A DNA stretch of 64,000 bases from Malacoraja senta (GCA_038087875.1 JAXLNO010000087.1:1-64000); one strand, 5' to 3'; positions 23,265 to 36,600 are shown, counted from the stretch's first letter. The notes: generated by a model not told the origin, from the sequence alone. A program made the numbers and translations.

Positions 23265-24179
23265 AAGTGTTTTACTGAACTAGACTAAGGGGGGTAAGCC
23301 GAAGGAGCATAATTACAGTCCCATCATCTTATTCTGATTGCTGACTCCAAATACTACGTTTCCACATCTGTTCTTGCCCCATCAGAGATATTCTCCCCTT
23401 TGTTCCACCAATGCACCACGACCTATCTCTACAACTGAAAAACAACTTATTTTTGTTGCTCTTTCCTACTCTGGTGAAGGGTCTCTGATCTGAAACTGAA
23501 CTGTTTCTTTCTCCACAAATGCTGTCTAACCTGCTGAATGTTTTTTGAATTTTCTTCCATTTTTATTTCAGATTTTCAGCATCTGCGGTTCTTTGCTTTA
23601 CACGTTTATTTTGATGTTGTGACCTGCCAACAGGGAATCAAGGGAGATCAGATACGTGGTGTCGTAATCTACTGGGATTCAAGTAACTAGTAAGTGTTTC
23701 ATTGGGAAGGTTCTGCCTACTCGGGATGGGCTCCATTTTAATTTAGTTTAGAAATACAGCACGGAAACAGGCCCTTCAGCCCACCGAGTCCACGCCGACC
23801 AGCGATCCCTGCACGCTAACACTATCCCACACACACTAGGGACAATTTATACTCATACCTCACTAAACTTCACCTCACACCTAAGCCTCAACTCACTAAA
23901 CTGCACCTCGACTAAACTTCCTCAACAAAACATCGCACCTCGACTAAATCCTCGCCTCGACTAAACTTTACCTCAACTAAACCCTCAATCACCTTGACCA
24001 AACTTCACCTCAGCTAAACCTCACCTCAGATAAATTTCACACCTCACTAAACCTTGCTTCGATTAAGCCCCTCGCTTCAACTAAAACTGTCACCCAGGGA
24101 ATCCGAATCTCATGGACATTAAACATCGTGTGGGGTTCGGGTGGGATAGGGTAGAGGTGAGGAGTGGGGCAAGGAGAGG

Positions 24180-24500
24180 GGTTATGGAGGGAGGAAGGGA
24201 GTGACTGAGGGAGGGAGAGGTGATTGAGGGAGGAGGAGAGGGGAAAGAAGAGGGAAGGTGAAGATACTTGGTGTGGGCCGAGCCTCGGGGCTGCAGCCGG
24301 GCCCGGGCGCTGGGGAGCGGACATAGACACGGACTGGGCCCTGAACGCGGCTCCGGGCCCTGGGCTGGGGTTCGAGCCGGTGTGGGGTCTTGGGGCTGCT
24401 GCTCCGGGCCCACAGGGAGGGAGAGGAGCGGGACCTGGGGCAAGGACTAGGCAGCAGCCTCGTCTTCTCCCTCCCCCAGACCGCAGCCTCAGCCTCTCCC
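24180..24500. promoter_or_regulatory. Second GC/CpG-rich patch between the two genes
   Basis: Local CpG enrichment 3.7 kb upstream of the SUN2-like start. Function not demonstrated. Confidence 0.35.
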
Positions 24501-24519
24501 TCCCATGGCTCCAGACCTG

Positions 24520-24666
24520 TCGACATGTGACGCCTGTATGGTCGTGAATAGTCGTCAAAAAAGTCCTACCTTTTCCTGGTCGTCGCTGGATTTTCAACGT
24601 GTTGACGTTGAACTATGACGGGTGCCGGCAGTCGCTGAAAAATATTGCGTACCTGGGACAGGCCCT
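24520..24666. mobile_element. PIF/Harbinger-like MITE end
   Basis: Ends ...tgggacaggccct followed by TTA (TWA target); agtcg motifs. Other end not found. Confidence 0.45.
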
Positions 24667-26107
24667 TTAGACTGTCGAGGAAGACTTGTTTAAGGGCTCA
24701 CAGTCAGGTGGGGGCTGTAAAGCTCTACTTGGTTCCAGTTGGATTGTCTGGTCCCTGTATTGTCTTAGATAGACGCAAAATGCTGGAGTAACTCAACAGG
24801 ACAGGCAGCATCTCTGGAGAGAAGGAATGGGTGACGTTTCTGGTCTAGATGTTTCTTCAGACAGATATCGGGAGTGGGAGGTACATAGATAAGGAAGTGT
24901 GTAGACAAGGAAATCTATGTTTATAGATAAGGATATCTCCCACTCCCCTGACATCAGTCTGAAGAAGGATGTCGACAGGAAACGTCACCCATTCCTTCGC
25001 TCCAGCGATGATGCCTGTCCCGCTGAGTTTCTCTAGCATTTTGTGTCCATCTTTGGTGTAAAGCAGCATCTGCAGTTCCTTCCTACACAAGCCATTTGGG
25101 CAGGCCGGTGGGGGTGAGTAGGAGGGGTTGGGGGGGACGTGTAAAATCACAAAGGATAGTGAGTGTGGAGAAGTCGTGTCAGGATGACAAGGTCACTGTT
25201 GACGGTGCAGGTTTAAAAGGGTGGCGCAGTGTAGAGTTGCTGCCTTACAGCATTTGCGGCGTCAGAGACCAGAGTTCGATCCCGACTACAGGTGCTGTAT
25301 TTACAGAGTTTGTATGTTCTCCTCGAGGGTTTTCTCCGAGATCTTCCGTTTCCTCCCAAGCTCCAAAGACATACAGTCTTGTTGGTTAATTGGCTTTGTA
25401 TAAATGTAAAATTGTCCCTAGTGTGTTTAGGGTAGAGTTAATGTGCAGGGATTGCTGGTCGGTGGGTCGAAGGCTTGTTTCTGCGCTGTACCTAAACTCT
25501 ACAGTGATTGGAAACAACCAGCGCTGCCTCTGGGTTTCTTGGTTTTTGGTCACATTTGCTCTGAAACAGAGAAGGAAGCAGATCCGGCGAACTTCTCAAA
25601 GAAACTGGAGAAATGATGGAAATGGAATGGGTTTGCAGGCCAGTGGGGGAAGAGCGAGGGGCAGGGGGATTGGTGATTGTTCAAGCATTTGTAACTATCT
25701 TCCGTTCAGGCAGCGGGCGCAGGCAGCCATGTGTTAGACCCTTGATACAGCTAGTTATAACTAGTCCCAAAATTAGTATGAAAGGGAGATTGATGGTCAG
25801 CATGGACTCGATGGGCCAAGGCGCCTGGATCCTTTCTGTACCTCAGGTTTAGCTTTATTATTATTACATGTGGGGCTGGTGGACAGTGAAAAGCTTTGTT
25901 TTGTAAGCTATCCAATCAAATCAGATAAAAAATATTCATCAATACAATCGCCAAATCAAGTTCAATAGGTAGAGCCAAGGGGAAGATACAGAGTGCAGAA
26001 TATAGTTCTCAGCATTGTAGTGAAATAAACTGAGCTAAACCGAGGTGCAGTGAGTGTTCTGGGACGCTTTGCCAGTTGTCACGTGGCCTGTGGCTTGTGT
26101 TGTCTGA

Positions 26108-26447
26108 GATCTTAAGGGGTTGGACAGGCTAGATGCAGGAAGATTGTTCCCGATGTTGGGGAAGTCCAGAACAAGGGGGAAGTCTTTTAGGACCGAGATG
26201 AGAAAAACATTTTTCACACAGAGAGTGGTGAATCTCTGGAATTCTCTGCCACAGAAGGTAGTTGAGGCCAGTTCATTGGCTATATTTAAGAGGGAGTTAG
26301 ATGTGGCCCTTGTGGCTAAAGGGATCAGGGGGTATGGAGAGAAGGCAGGTACGGGATACTGAGTTGGATGATCAGCCATAATCATATTGAATGGCGGTGC
26401 AGGCTCGAAGGGCCGAATGGCCTACTCCTGCACCTATTTTCTATGTT
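26108..26447 (+). mobile_element. CR1 LINE 3' end
   Basis: FFTQRVVNLWNSLP peptide and 3' UTR; near-identical to part of 60711-61635. Confidence 0.9.
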
Positions 26448-26925
26448 ATCTGCTGTTTGGGCACAGCCTCGCATGTTGAGTGGACGCAGTGTTGGCTCTG
26501 CAGGTGGTGCTGGCTGGCGCCAGCCTGTTGAAAAATAAAAACACGCAGATGCTGGAAGTCCGAAATGAAAACGGTAGACGCGTTGTAGGCTTTGCAGGTC
26601 TGACCCCATTAATGTGTCAGGTCACCGATCCTCCATTGAAAGAGTCACAAAACAGAGAAACAGGCCCTTCAGCCCTACTCCTCGTCCATGCCGACAAAGG
26701 AGCCTTCCCGGGCTGCTCCCATTTGCCTGTGTTTGGCCCATATCCCTCAAAACCTTTCCAATCCGTATCCCTCACCAAACGTCTTTTAAACACTGAAAAT
26801 CACTTCCTCTGGCAGTTCGTTCCATGTCCCCTCCACTCTCTGTTGGAAAGGTTGCCCCTCAGGTTGCCCGTAAAATCATTCTCCTGTCACCCACGCCGCC
26901 TCTAGCCCCTAGTTGTAGATTCCCC

Positions 26926-28034
26926 GACAATAGGTGCAGGAGTAGGCCATTCGGCACTTAAAGCCAGCACCGCCATTCAATGTGATCATGGCTGATCATC
27001 CACAATCAGTACCCAGTTCCTGCCTTCTCCCCATATTCCCAAACTCCTCTATCTTTAAGGGCCCTATCAAGGTCTCTCTTGAATGTATCCAGAGAACTGG
27101 CTCCACTGCCCTCTGAGGCAGAGAATTCCACAGACTCACAACACTGTGTGAAAAAGTGTTTCCTCATCTCCATTCTAAATGGCTTACCCCTTATTCTTAA
27201 ACTGTGCCCCTGGTTCTGGACTCCCCCAACATGGGGAACATGTTTCCTGCCTCTAATGTATCCAAACCCTTAACAATCTTATATGTTTCAATAAGATCCC
27301 CTCTCAGACGTTTAAATTCCAGAGTATACAAGCCCAGCTGCTCCATTCTCTCAGCATACGACAGTCCCGCCATCCCGGGAATTAACCTTCTGAACCTACG
27401 TTGCACTCCCTCAATAGCAAGAATGTCCTTCCTCAAATTTAGAGATCAAAACAGTACACAATACTCAGGTGTGGTCTCACTAGGGCCCTGTACAACTGCA
27501 GAAGGACCGCTTTGCTCCAATACTCAACTCCTCTTGTTATGAAGGCCAACATGCCTTTCGCTTTCTTCACTGCCTGCATTGTTACTTTCATAGACTGATG
27601 AACAAGAACCCCCAGATCCCGTTGTACTTCCCCTTTTCCCAACTTGACACCATTTTGATAATAATCTGCCTTCCTGTTTTTGCTACCAAAGTGGATAACC
27701 TCACATTTATCCACATTAAACTGCATCTGCCATGCATCTGCCCACTCCCCCAACCTGTCCAAGTCACCCTGCATTCTCACAGCATCCTCCTCACAGTTCA
27801 CACTGCCACCCAGCTTTGTGTCATCTGCAAATTTGTTCATGTTACTTTGAATCCCTTCATCCAAATCATTGATATATATTATAAATAGCTGCGGTCCCAG
27901 CACCGAGCCTTGCGGTACCCCACTAGTCACTGCCTGCCATTCTGAAAGGGACCCGTTAATCCCTACTCTTTGTTTCCTGTCTACCAATCAATTCTCTATC
28001 CATGTCAGCACTCTACCCCCAATACCATGTGCCC
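26926..28034 (-). mobile_element. CR1 LINE 3' part
   Basis: SGVPQGSVLGPQLF...KFADDTKLGG RT motifs (ORF 27439-27987) and 3' UTR. Confidence 0.92.
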
Positions 28035-28230
28035 TGCCATGTGCAGGGAGGGTGTGTAGGATGACAGCAATGTGCTCCCCACCCCCTCCCTCTCTGGGCC
28101 AGCGGGCAGGGTACCAGTGCCCAGGGCAGGGCTGCCACTCACGCTGTCTTTTTCTTTGCTCACAGTTAGTGCGGAAGACTGGCAGTGCCGTGCTGGGGCT
28201 GAGGCTCGAGTTGGTGGTGCTACGATGAGG

Positions 28231-28352
28231 ATGTCCTGCCACAGTCCCCATCTGGCCAACTACGGCTACTACCAGCACAACGGCGATGCCTCCAGCAGCA
28301 GCGGCGGCTCCAACAAATCCGGCGCTCCCTCTTACAAGGAGACTCCAGTCAG
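28231..28352 (+). pseudogene. SUN2: SUN2-like first coding exon
   Basis: Acceptor at 28165; ATG at 28231 (alternative 28225); MSCHSPHLANYGYYQHNGDASSSSGGSNKSGAPSYKETPVR; donor AG|gtacgt. Resembles SUN2 MSRRSxRL...SSSSGG...(F/Y)KxxPxR. Confidence 0.8.
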
Positions 28353-29092
28353 GTACGTCTCTCTAACTCTCTCTTGTCTCCTTCCCCCCCCCCCCTCCCT
28401 CTCGTTCTTTCCTCTCTAAGCTATGCTGCTGTCTAACAGTAAAGATGCAGCCTCCACCCTTGTACCTCACTCAGGGAGCTGTGTATCACAACTCCAACTC
28501 CCCCCCCACCCTCTCCTCCCCCAGCCCAGCCTCCCATTCCCCCCTCCCCCCAACCCCAACTGAACCTTTCCCTACAGGAAAAAGTTCTAGACAAAAACTC
28601 AAGGAAAGTTCCAACAGCCTCTTCTTTCCTGCTTGGAATCTCAGGTGGAGGATGATCGGATGTAGGGTATATCTTCCATAGGCCAAGGGCAGGGTTGCCG
28701 TGACAATAAGTTGTTGATGAAGCCATTCGGTTGATGGGCTCATGAGGTATGTTGGAGGGAATGTGAACAGGGACTGCCTGACCCGCTGAGTTACTCCAGC
28801 ACTTTGTGACTTTTTTTATAAACCAGCATCTGCAGTTCCTTGAGGAGGGGGAGAGAGAGAGAGAGAGAGTCATGATGTTCCTTCCCCGCGTGAAACAATC
28901 TTCTTCCCCCCCTTTCCCAGCTCTGACAAGCGACTCTCTCCATCCCTCCCCCACCCGAGTCGCACCAGCTTCTCATTCTCACTTAGCAAATAGCTAACAA
29001 TGGCCAGTTTCCTTTATCATCGTTACTTTTTTGCTTCTCTTTCGCAGTCCTGGTCTGCCTCCATCCTAAATCGTTGCCCTTTATCGTTTCAG

Positions 29093-29271
29093 GTTGTACA
29101 AGAAAAGGTCAAACAGCAACTGGCCGGGACCTGTGCCTGGTGTCAAACGTTCGCCGTCCAACAGTTCAGTCAACAGTCTGAGTAGCTACATCAGCAACGT
29201 CAGCAACGCCTCCAAGCGCTCTCAGCGCTCTCTGCACCTCGGCAGCAGCAGCGGCTGGCAGGAGCCCGTCG
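29093..29271 (+). pseudogene. SUN2: SUN2-like exon (basic/Ser-rich nucleoplasmic)
   Basis: tttcag|G TTG TAC AAG AAA AGG...GTC G|gtacgt, 179 nt, phase 2->1, open. Confidence 0.7.
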
Positions 29272-30831
29272 GTACGTGTCCGGGGAGGGCAGCGTGGGGG
29301 GTGGAAGCAGGGCACCGGCGCATTTCTTTAGTCAGAGGGTGGTGAATCAGAGGAATTCATTGCCACTGAAGGCTGTGGAGGCCAAGTCAGTGAATATTTT
29401 TAAGGCAGAGATAGACAGATTCTTCATTGGTGCAGGGGTTACGGGGAGACGCAGGAGAATGGGGTCAGGTGGAGAGATAGTTCTGCCATGATGGAATGTC
29501 AGAGTAGAATTGATGGGCCGAATGGCCTAATTCTCCTATCACTTATGACCTTTTGACGTCAGTGTGCTTAAAGCCTTAACCCTTCCCTCCAACAGACTGG
29601 TTCAGGGCTTCTCCTTGGTTTAGAATATCGCAATCACTGGTGCACGTCGGAGACTCGTGCTGCAGTATCTCAGTTTTAGTTGGAAACGAGCCCTTTGGCC
29701 CAACGAGTTGGCGCTGACCAGCGATCGTCACACAGCTGCTGTGAGACTTTGCCTATCCCGCTGGGAGGCGGGCGGGCGGACAGGAGAGGGGCGCACTGCC
29801 ACTCAGCTGTGGGGCCTGTGTGTGGTATCACACTTGGTTCAGTTACTGTGGGGAGCTCTGGGTCGGGGTCTGATGCCCCCTGGTGGTGGGAGGTGACTGA
29901 CACCGAGCTGCAGTTACTGAGAGGCGAGGGATTATACCTTCCTTGATAGGAAGGAACTGCAGATGCTGGTTTACACTAAAGATAGACACAAAATGCTGGA
30001 GTAACTCAGCGGGACAGGCAGCATGAGGTCATAAGTGATAGGAGCAGAATTAGTCCATGTGTCCCATCGTCTATTCCGCCATTCAATCATGGCTGATCTA
30101 TCTTTCCCTCCTAACCCCATTCTCCTGCCTTCTCCCCGTAACCCCTGACACCCGTACTAATCAAGAATCTATCTATCTTGCATTAAAAATATCCACTGAT
30201 TAGCCTCCACAGCCTTCAGTGGGAAAGATTCACCACCCTCTGACTAAAGACATTCCTCCTTATCTCCTTCCAAAAGGAGCGTTGTTTAATTTTGATGCTA
30301 TGAACTCTAATCCTCAACTCTCCCACAAGTGGAATCATCCTCTCCACATCCATTCTATCCAAACCATTCACTTTTCGGTAAGTTTCGATGAGGTCCCCCT
30401 TCATTCTTCTAAACTCCAGCGAGTACAGGCCCAGTGCTGTCAAACGCCTTTCTGGAGAGAAAGAATGGGTGACGTTTCGATCGAGACCCTTCTTCAGACT
30501 TAGTCAGGGGAGAGGGCGATCTGGAAGGGTAAGGTGCGAAAACGAGAGATCAAAGGGGACAAAGATGAAGGAAAATGTAGAGTAGATCATTGTTAGCTAG
30601 GGGAAGGTGACAACAAGCATACAAAGATAAAATGTAATCAGGAGGACAGTTAAACTGGCCGGAGAACTAGGATGGTGGAGGGATGGAGAGAGAGAGAGGG
30701 AAAACAAGGGTTACTTTAATTTAGAGAGGTCAACGTCATATCGTTGGGTTGTAAGGTGTCCAAGCGAAATATGAGGTGCTGTAATATTTTCCTGTGATGA
30801 CTTGCCTCGGTAACCTGTATCTCGCATCCAG

Positions 30832-30979
30832 CAGCCTCAGGGCCGTCCAGCTTTGAGGACAGCTATGAAGAGAAATTAAACAGCATACGGCAGGATGGGG
30901 ATACTGACAGCGCCTTCCACTTCTTCCAACATCTACTTGTTGTCCACATCTGGCTACTCCTCCCAGGATGAGCTGCAGG
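30832..30979 (+). pseudogene. SUN2: SUN2-like SGYSS exon (frameshifted); duplicated at 34879-35026
   Basis: Ends STSGYSSQDELQ G|gtaagt. Length 148 is not a multiple of 3, and the entry frame hits TGA. Confidence 0.7.
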
Positions 30980-31147
30980 GTAAGTGGAATGTTCATCATC
31001 TCACCCCCCAGGTCCCTCATCCTGAATAGCTAACGGGCGGCACGTTGCACTATCGGCAGAGAGGACACACTGGCTGGGGATGGAACAGAGGCTTTAGGGA
31101 TTTCATATTGAAGTTGGGCAGTGGGGCGGCTGAGCGGGCACTTGATG

Positions 31148-31375
31148 AGTGGGTGAGAGGTGTTACTAGGGTGGGGACAGGGTGGGTGGGAGATGTTACT
31201 AGGGTGGGGACAGGGTGGGTGAGAGGTGTTACTAGGGTGGGAACAGGGTGGGTGGGAGATGTTACTAGGGTGAGGACAGGGTGGGTGAGAGATGTTACTA
31301 GGGTGGGGACAGGGTGGGTGGGAGATGTTACTAGGGTGGGGACAGGGTGGGTGGGAGATGTTACTAGGGTGGGGC
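31148..31375. repeat. 30-bp G-rich minisatellite (copy at about 35195-35390)
   Basis: Unit gtgggtgRgagRtgttactagggtggggacagg-like; the second copy has one fewer unit. Confidence 0.9.
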
Positions 31376-32820
31376 AGATAGATGGGGGCAGGTACTAGGG
31401 CATGGACAAGGTGGGTTGGTGAGTGGAGGATGTAACCAGGGTGGGGACAAGGTGGGTGTGTGGTAGATGTTGGGCGTGGGCACTGGGTGAATTGGGGATG
31501 TTGCTAAGGTGTGGACGGGGGGGGTGAGTGGAGGATGTGGGGGGGTGAGTGGAGGATGTGGGAGGGGGGTGAGTGGGGGTGTGTGAGAGGGGGGTGAGTG
31601 GAGGGTGTTGGGTGTGGGGGGGGTGAGTGGAGGATGTTGGGGGGTGGGGGTGAGTGGAGGATGTTGGGGGGTGGGGGTGAGTGCAGGATGTTGGGGGGTG
31701 GGGGTGAACACCCCTTAGCTGGAGCAGGGTGAGGTTGAGTGCGCTATTACAAGGGGCGGGTGTCGGGACATGGGGTGGGTACATGTGCTGTTACTGGGAA
31801 GGGGGTGAGGGACATGTAAGTGGGCTGACGGTGGGGAGGGTAAATGGAGCGGGTGGGGTGTGAGGGTCCGTTACTGGGGCAGGTGAGGGGCTGTTAGTGA
31901 GGTGGGCTGTGGGTGGGTGAGTGGGCCGTGGACTGACACTGGGCAGGAGCTGAACGTGTTGTACAGGATTGTAGATTTCCCAGATGCTGGGTTACATCAG
32001 GGGGACTGAGCTGTTATTTGGGGCAGCTAATCACCATTCATTCACACACACATATGTACACACAAAAAAACAAAAAATAGGCTGCTGCCATTTGACGCCA
32101 CAACCTCCCCCCGCATAGCGCCTGTTCACCAAGGTGTGGAAAGTGATGCAGCTTCTGCTAAAGAGCATCGTTCCATTGTAATCTTCAGGTTGTATCAGCA
32201 GCAACACCCTGTGTATCCATCCACTTAAAATCATTAATGAATCCACTTCCTGCAGCGTTTTGGAGAGAATATTCTGGATCCTGTCAGTATTGAATCTGTG
32301 ACGTCTGTTTATTGATCCCTCAATAGCAAAACCTTTCTCGTGTAGAACCCTGCGACAAACTTCAACGTTTGATAGGTCATCTCTTTTACCTTCTCTGTTC
32401 CGAGAGGACTCCTAACTTTTCCAAATTACTCTTTACTGTAATTCTAGACACTGTCTAAATCAATTCTTAGGCTTGAAGTCTGAAGAAGGGTCCCGACCCA
32501 AAGCGTCACCCATCCTTTTTCAGACAGAGATGCTGCCTGACCCGCTGAGTTACTCCAGAAATTTGTGTCTATCTTAGGCTTTTGACATCCTTCCTTTAGT
32601 TTAGTTTAGAGATACAGCATGTAAACAGGCCCTTCGGCCCACCAAGTCGGCACCGATCAGCGATCCCTGCACACTAACAGTTGAGCCGTGGGCGGATCAG
32701 TTGCATGGTGCTTTTGTGAACAGCAGCACAAACATTGGGCCACGTGGCCCTTTGAACATTGTAAACCTTGAGAGAGAAGTTTGCGTTGTTGACAACTTGC
32801 TCTTCTTTCCCACCCTCCAG

Positions 32821-32882
32821 GTTTGGCGTACTCTGAATCGGTCTCTCCCCTTGCTGGAGCTGGATCTCGCTGCTGTCTCCAG
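32821..32882 (+). pseudogene. SUN2: SUN2-like short exon (frameshifted); duplicated at 36726-36787
   Basis: ccctccag|GT TTG...TCT CCA G|gtacct, 62 nt. Ends WSWISLLSP-G like SUN2 ...SP|G, but is 1 nt short of phase 1->1. Confidence 0.55.
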
Positions 32883-33667
32883 GTACCTGCATTACTAATC
32901 TTCCCTCTTCTGTGGTCCATGGCCCCAAAACTCTGATCCAGTCAAACAGTGCCCTGCTGATACTGGACCCAGTGGTGAGGTATAGCCCGCTGCTCCCTCC
33001 TTAAACTCCCAGGGATTGCACAAGGCCTGGTCCCCAGTGCTCTGTTGTTCGTGCAGCCTAGGCCCACAGTCAGTGCGGGAGGAAGCCGCCTTCCAGCTTG
33101 GTACTCCAGTGTGTTCCCTGAGCCTGACTGGGTCACTCACTGAGATGAGTGGTGAGTTCCCCAGAGGACCATAGAGTCAAGAGACGACTGACTGTCAATG
33201 CTCGGTTACTCGATCCCGACTGAAGTCATGTTGTAACACCTAAGGGAGGCCTGGTTTGTGTTCCAGGGTTACTGGGGTGATGAAAGAATAGGATCTCCTT
33301 TAGATTTCCCCAGCTGTGTGGCACCGAGGACACTTTTGAAATGTAGTGGAAGGTGGTAGACCGTGGCCAAGCTCGCACATAGCATTGTGGTGATCAGCAG
33401 ACGTGCCCACGTTCAATAAATCTAGATTTCTCTAACTTCAAGTAACCCTCTCTCTCTGTCCCTCCCCCTCTTTAGTCGTTGTACTAGTTTCACTGTCGTC
33501 CTGGTGAGTTTCATTGTCTGTATAATTCGTTAACACCGAGCCCACAGCCAACCAACAATGGACCCTTTCCTTCATCATCGTTACTTTTTTGCATATCGTT
33601 CATTCATTTGTTCCATATCTCTCTACATCATCGTCTATATCACTTTTTACCTTTCCCCTGACTCTCA

Positions 33668-33695
33668 CTGAAGAAGGGTCTCGACCCGAAACGTC
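33668..33695 (+). ncRNA. Minimal hammerhead ribozyme motif in pLTR (duplicate at 37573-37600)
   Basis: CUGAAGA-A-GGGUC(UC)GACCC-GAAA-CGUC. Confidence 0.55.
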
Positions 33696-36600
33696 ACCTA
33701 TTCCTTTTCTCCAGAGATGCTGCCTGACCCGCTGAGTTACTCCAGCTTTTTGTGTCTATCTTGACCAGCGATCGTCACACAGCTGCTGTGAGACTTTGCC
33801 TATCCCGCTGGGAGGCGGGCGGGCGGACAGGAGAGGGGCGCACTGCCACTCAGCTGTGGGGCCTGTGTGTGGTATCACACTCGGTTCAGTTACTGAGGGG
33901 AGCTCTGGGTCGGGGTCTGATGCCCCCTGGTGGTGGGAGGTGACCGACACCGAGCTGCAGTTACTGAGAGGCGAGGGATTATACCTTCCTTGATAGGAAG
34001 GAACTGCAGATGCTGGTTTACACTAAAGATAGACACAAAATGCTGGAGTAACTCAGCGGGACAGGCAGCATGAGGTCATAAGTGATAGGAGCAGAATTAG
34101 TCCATGTGTCCCATCGTCTATTCCGCCATTCAATCATGGCTGATCTATCTTTCCCTCCTAACCCCATTCTCCTGCCTTCTCCCCGTAACCCCTGACACCC
34201 GTACTAATCAAGAATCTATCTATCTTGCATTAAAAATATCCACTGATTAGCCTCCACAGCCTTCAGTGGGAAAGATTCACCACCCTCTGACTAAAGACAT
34301 TCCTCCTTATCTCCTTTCAAAAGGAGCGTTGTTTAATTTTGATGCTATGAACTCTAATCCTCAACTCTCCCACAAGTGGAATCATCCTCTCCACATCCAT
34401 TCTATCCAAACCATTCACTTTTCGGTAAGTTTCGATGAGGTCCCCCTTCATTCTTCTAAACTCCAGCGAGTACAGGCCCAGTGCCGTCAAACGCCTTTCT
34501 GGAGAGAAAGAATGGGTGACGTTTCGATCGAGACCCTTCTTCAGACTTAGTCAGGGGAGAGGGCGATCTGGAAGGGTAAGGTGCGAAAACGAGAGATCAA
34601 AGGGGACAAAGATGAAGGAAAATGTAGAGTAGATCATTGTTAGCTAGGGGAAGGTGACAACAAGCATACAAAGATAAAATGTAATCAGGAGGACAGTTAA
34701 ACTGGCCGGAGAACTAGGATGGTGGAGGGATGGAGAGAGAGAGAGGGAAAACAAGGGTTACTTTAATTTAGAGAGGTCAACGTCATATCGTTGGGTTGTA
34801 AGGTGTCCAAGCGAAATATGAGGTGCTGTAATATTTTCCTGTGATGACTTGCCTCGGTAACCTGTATCTCGCATCCAGCAGCCTCAGGGCCATCCAGCTT
34901 TGAGGACAGCTACGAAGAGAAATTAAACAGCATACGGCAGGATGGGGATACTGACAGCGCCTTCCACTTCTTCCAACATCTACTTGTTGTCCACATCTGG
35001 CTACTCCTCCCAGGATGAGCTGCAGGGTAAGTGGAATGTTCATCATCTCACCCCCCAGGTCCCTCATCCTGAATAGCTAACGGGCGGCACGTTGCACTAT
35101 CGGCAGAGAGGACACACTGGCTGGGGATGGAACAGAGGCTTTAGGGATTTCATATTGAAGTTGGGCAGTGGGGCGGCTGAGCGGGCACTTGATGAGTGGG
35201 TGAGAGGTGTTACTAGGGTGGGGACAGGGTGGGTGGGAGATGTTACTAGGGTGGGGACAGGGTGGGTGAGAGGTGTTACTAGGGTGGGAACAGGGTGGGT
35301 GGGAGATGTTACTAGGGTGAGGACAGGGTGGGTGAGATATGTTACTAGGGTGGGGACAGGGTGGGTGGGAGATGTTACTAGGATGGGGCAGATAGATGGG
35401 GGCAGGTACTAGGGCATGGACAAGGTGGGTTGGTGAGTGGAGGATGTAACCAGGGTGGGGACAAGGTGGGTGTGTGGTAGATGTTGGGCGTGGGCACTGC
35501 ATGAATTGGGGATGTTGCTAAGGTGTGGACGGGGGGGTGAGTGGAGGATGTGGGGGGGTGAGTGGAGGATGTGGGAGGGGGGTGAGTGGAGGATGTTGGG
35601 GGGTGGGGGTGAACACCCCGTAGCTGGGGCAGGGTGAGGTTGAGTGGGCTATTACAAGGGGCGGGTGTCGGGACATGGGGTGGGTACATGTGCTGTTACT
35701 GGGAAGGGGGTGAGGGACATGTAAGTGGGCTGACGGTGGGGAGGGTAAATGGAGCGGGTGGGGTGTGAGGGTCCGTTACTGGGGCAGGTGAGGGGCTGTT
35801 AGTGAGGTGGGCTGTGGGTGGTTGAGTGGGCCGTGGACTGACACTGGGCAGGATCTGAACGTGTTGTACAGGATTGTAGATTTCCCAGATGCTGGGTTAC
35901 ATCAGGGGGACTGAGCTGTTATTTGGGGCAGCTAATCACCATTCATTCACACACACATATGTACACACAAAAAAACAAATAATAGGCTGCTGCCATTTGA
36001 CGCCACAACCTCCCCCCGCATAGCGCCTGTTCACCAAGGTGTGGAAAGTGATGCAGCTTCTGCTAAAGAGCATCGTTCCATTGTAATCTTCAGGTTGTAT
36101 CAGCAGCAACACCCTGTGTATCCATCCACTTAAAATCATTAATGAATCCACTTCCTGCAGCGTTTTGGAGAGAATATTCTGGATCCTGTCAGTATTGAAT
36201 CTGTGACGTCTGTTTATTGATCCCTCAATAGCAAAACCTTTCTCGTGTAGAACCCTGCGACAAACTTCAACGTTTGATAGGTCATCTCTTTTACCTTCTC
36301 TGTTCCGAGAGGACTCCTAACTTTTCCAAATTACTCTTTACTGTAATTCTAGACACTGTCTAAATCAATTCTTAGGCTTGAAGTCTGAAGAAGGGTCCCG
36401 ACCCAAAGCGTCACCCATCCTTTTTCAGACAGAGATGCTGCCTGACCCGCTGAGTTACTCCAGAAATTTGTGTCTATCTTAGGCTTTTGACATCCTTCCT
36501 TTAGTTTAGTTTAGAGATACAGCATGTAAACAGGCCCTTCGGCCCACCAAGTCGGCACCGATCAGCGATCCCTGCACACTAACAGTTGAGCCGTGGGCGG

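Noticed and set aside
30832..32882. Compensating frameshifts (148+62=210 nt) rescuing the SUN2-like ORF
   Set aside because: The shifted frame contains TGA in both exons.
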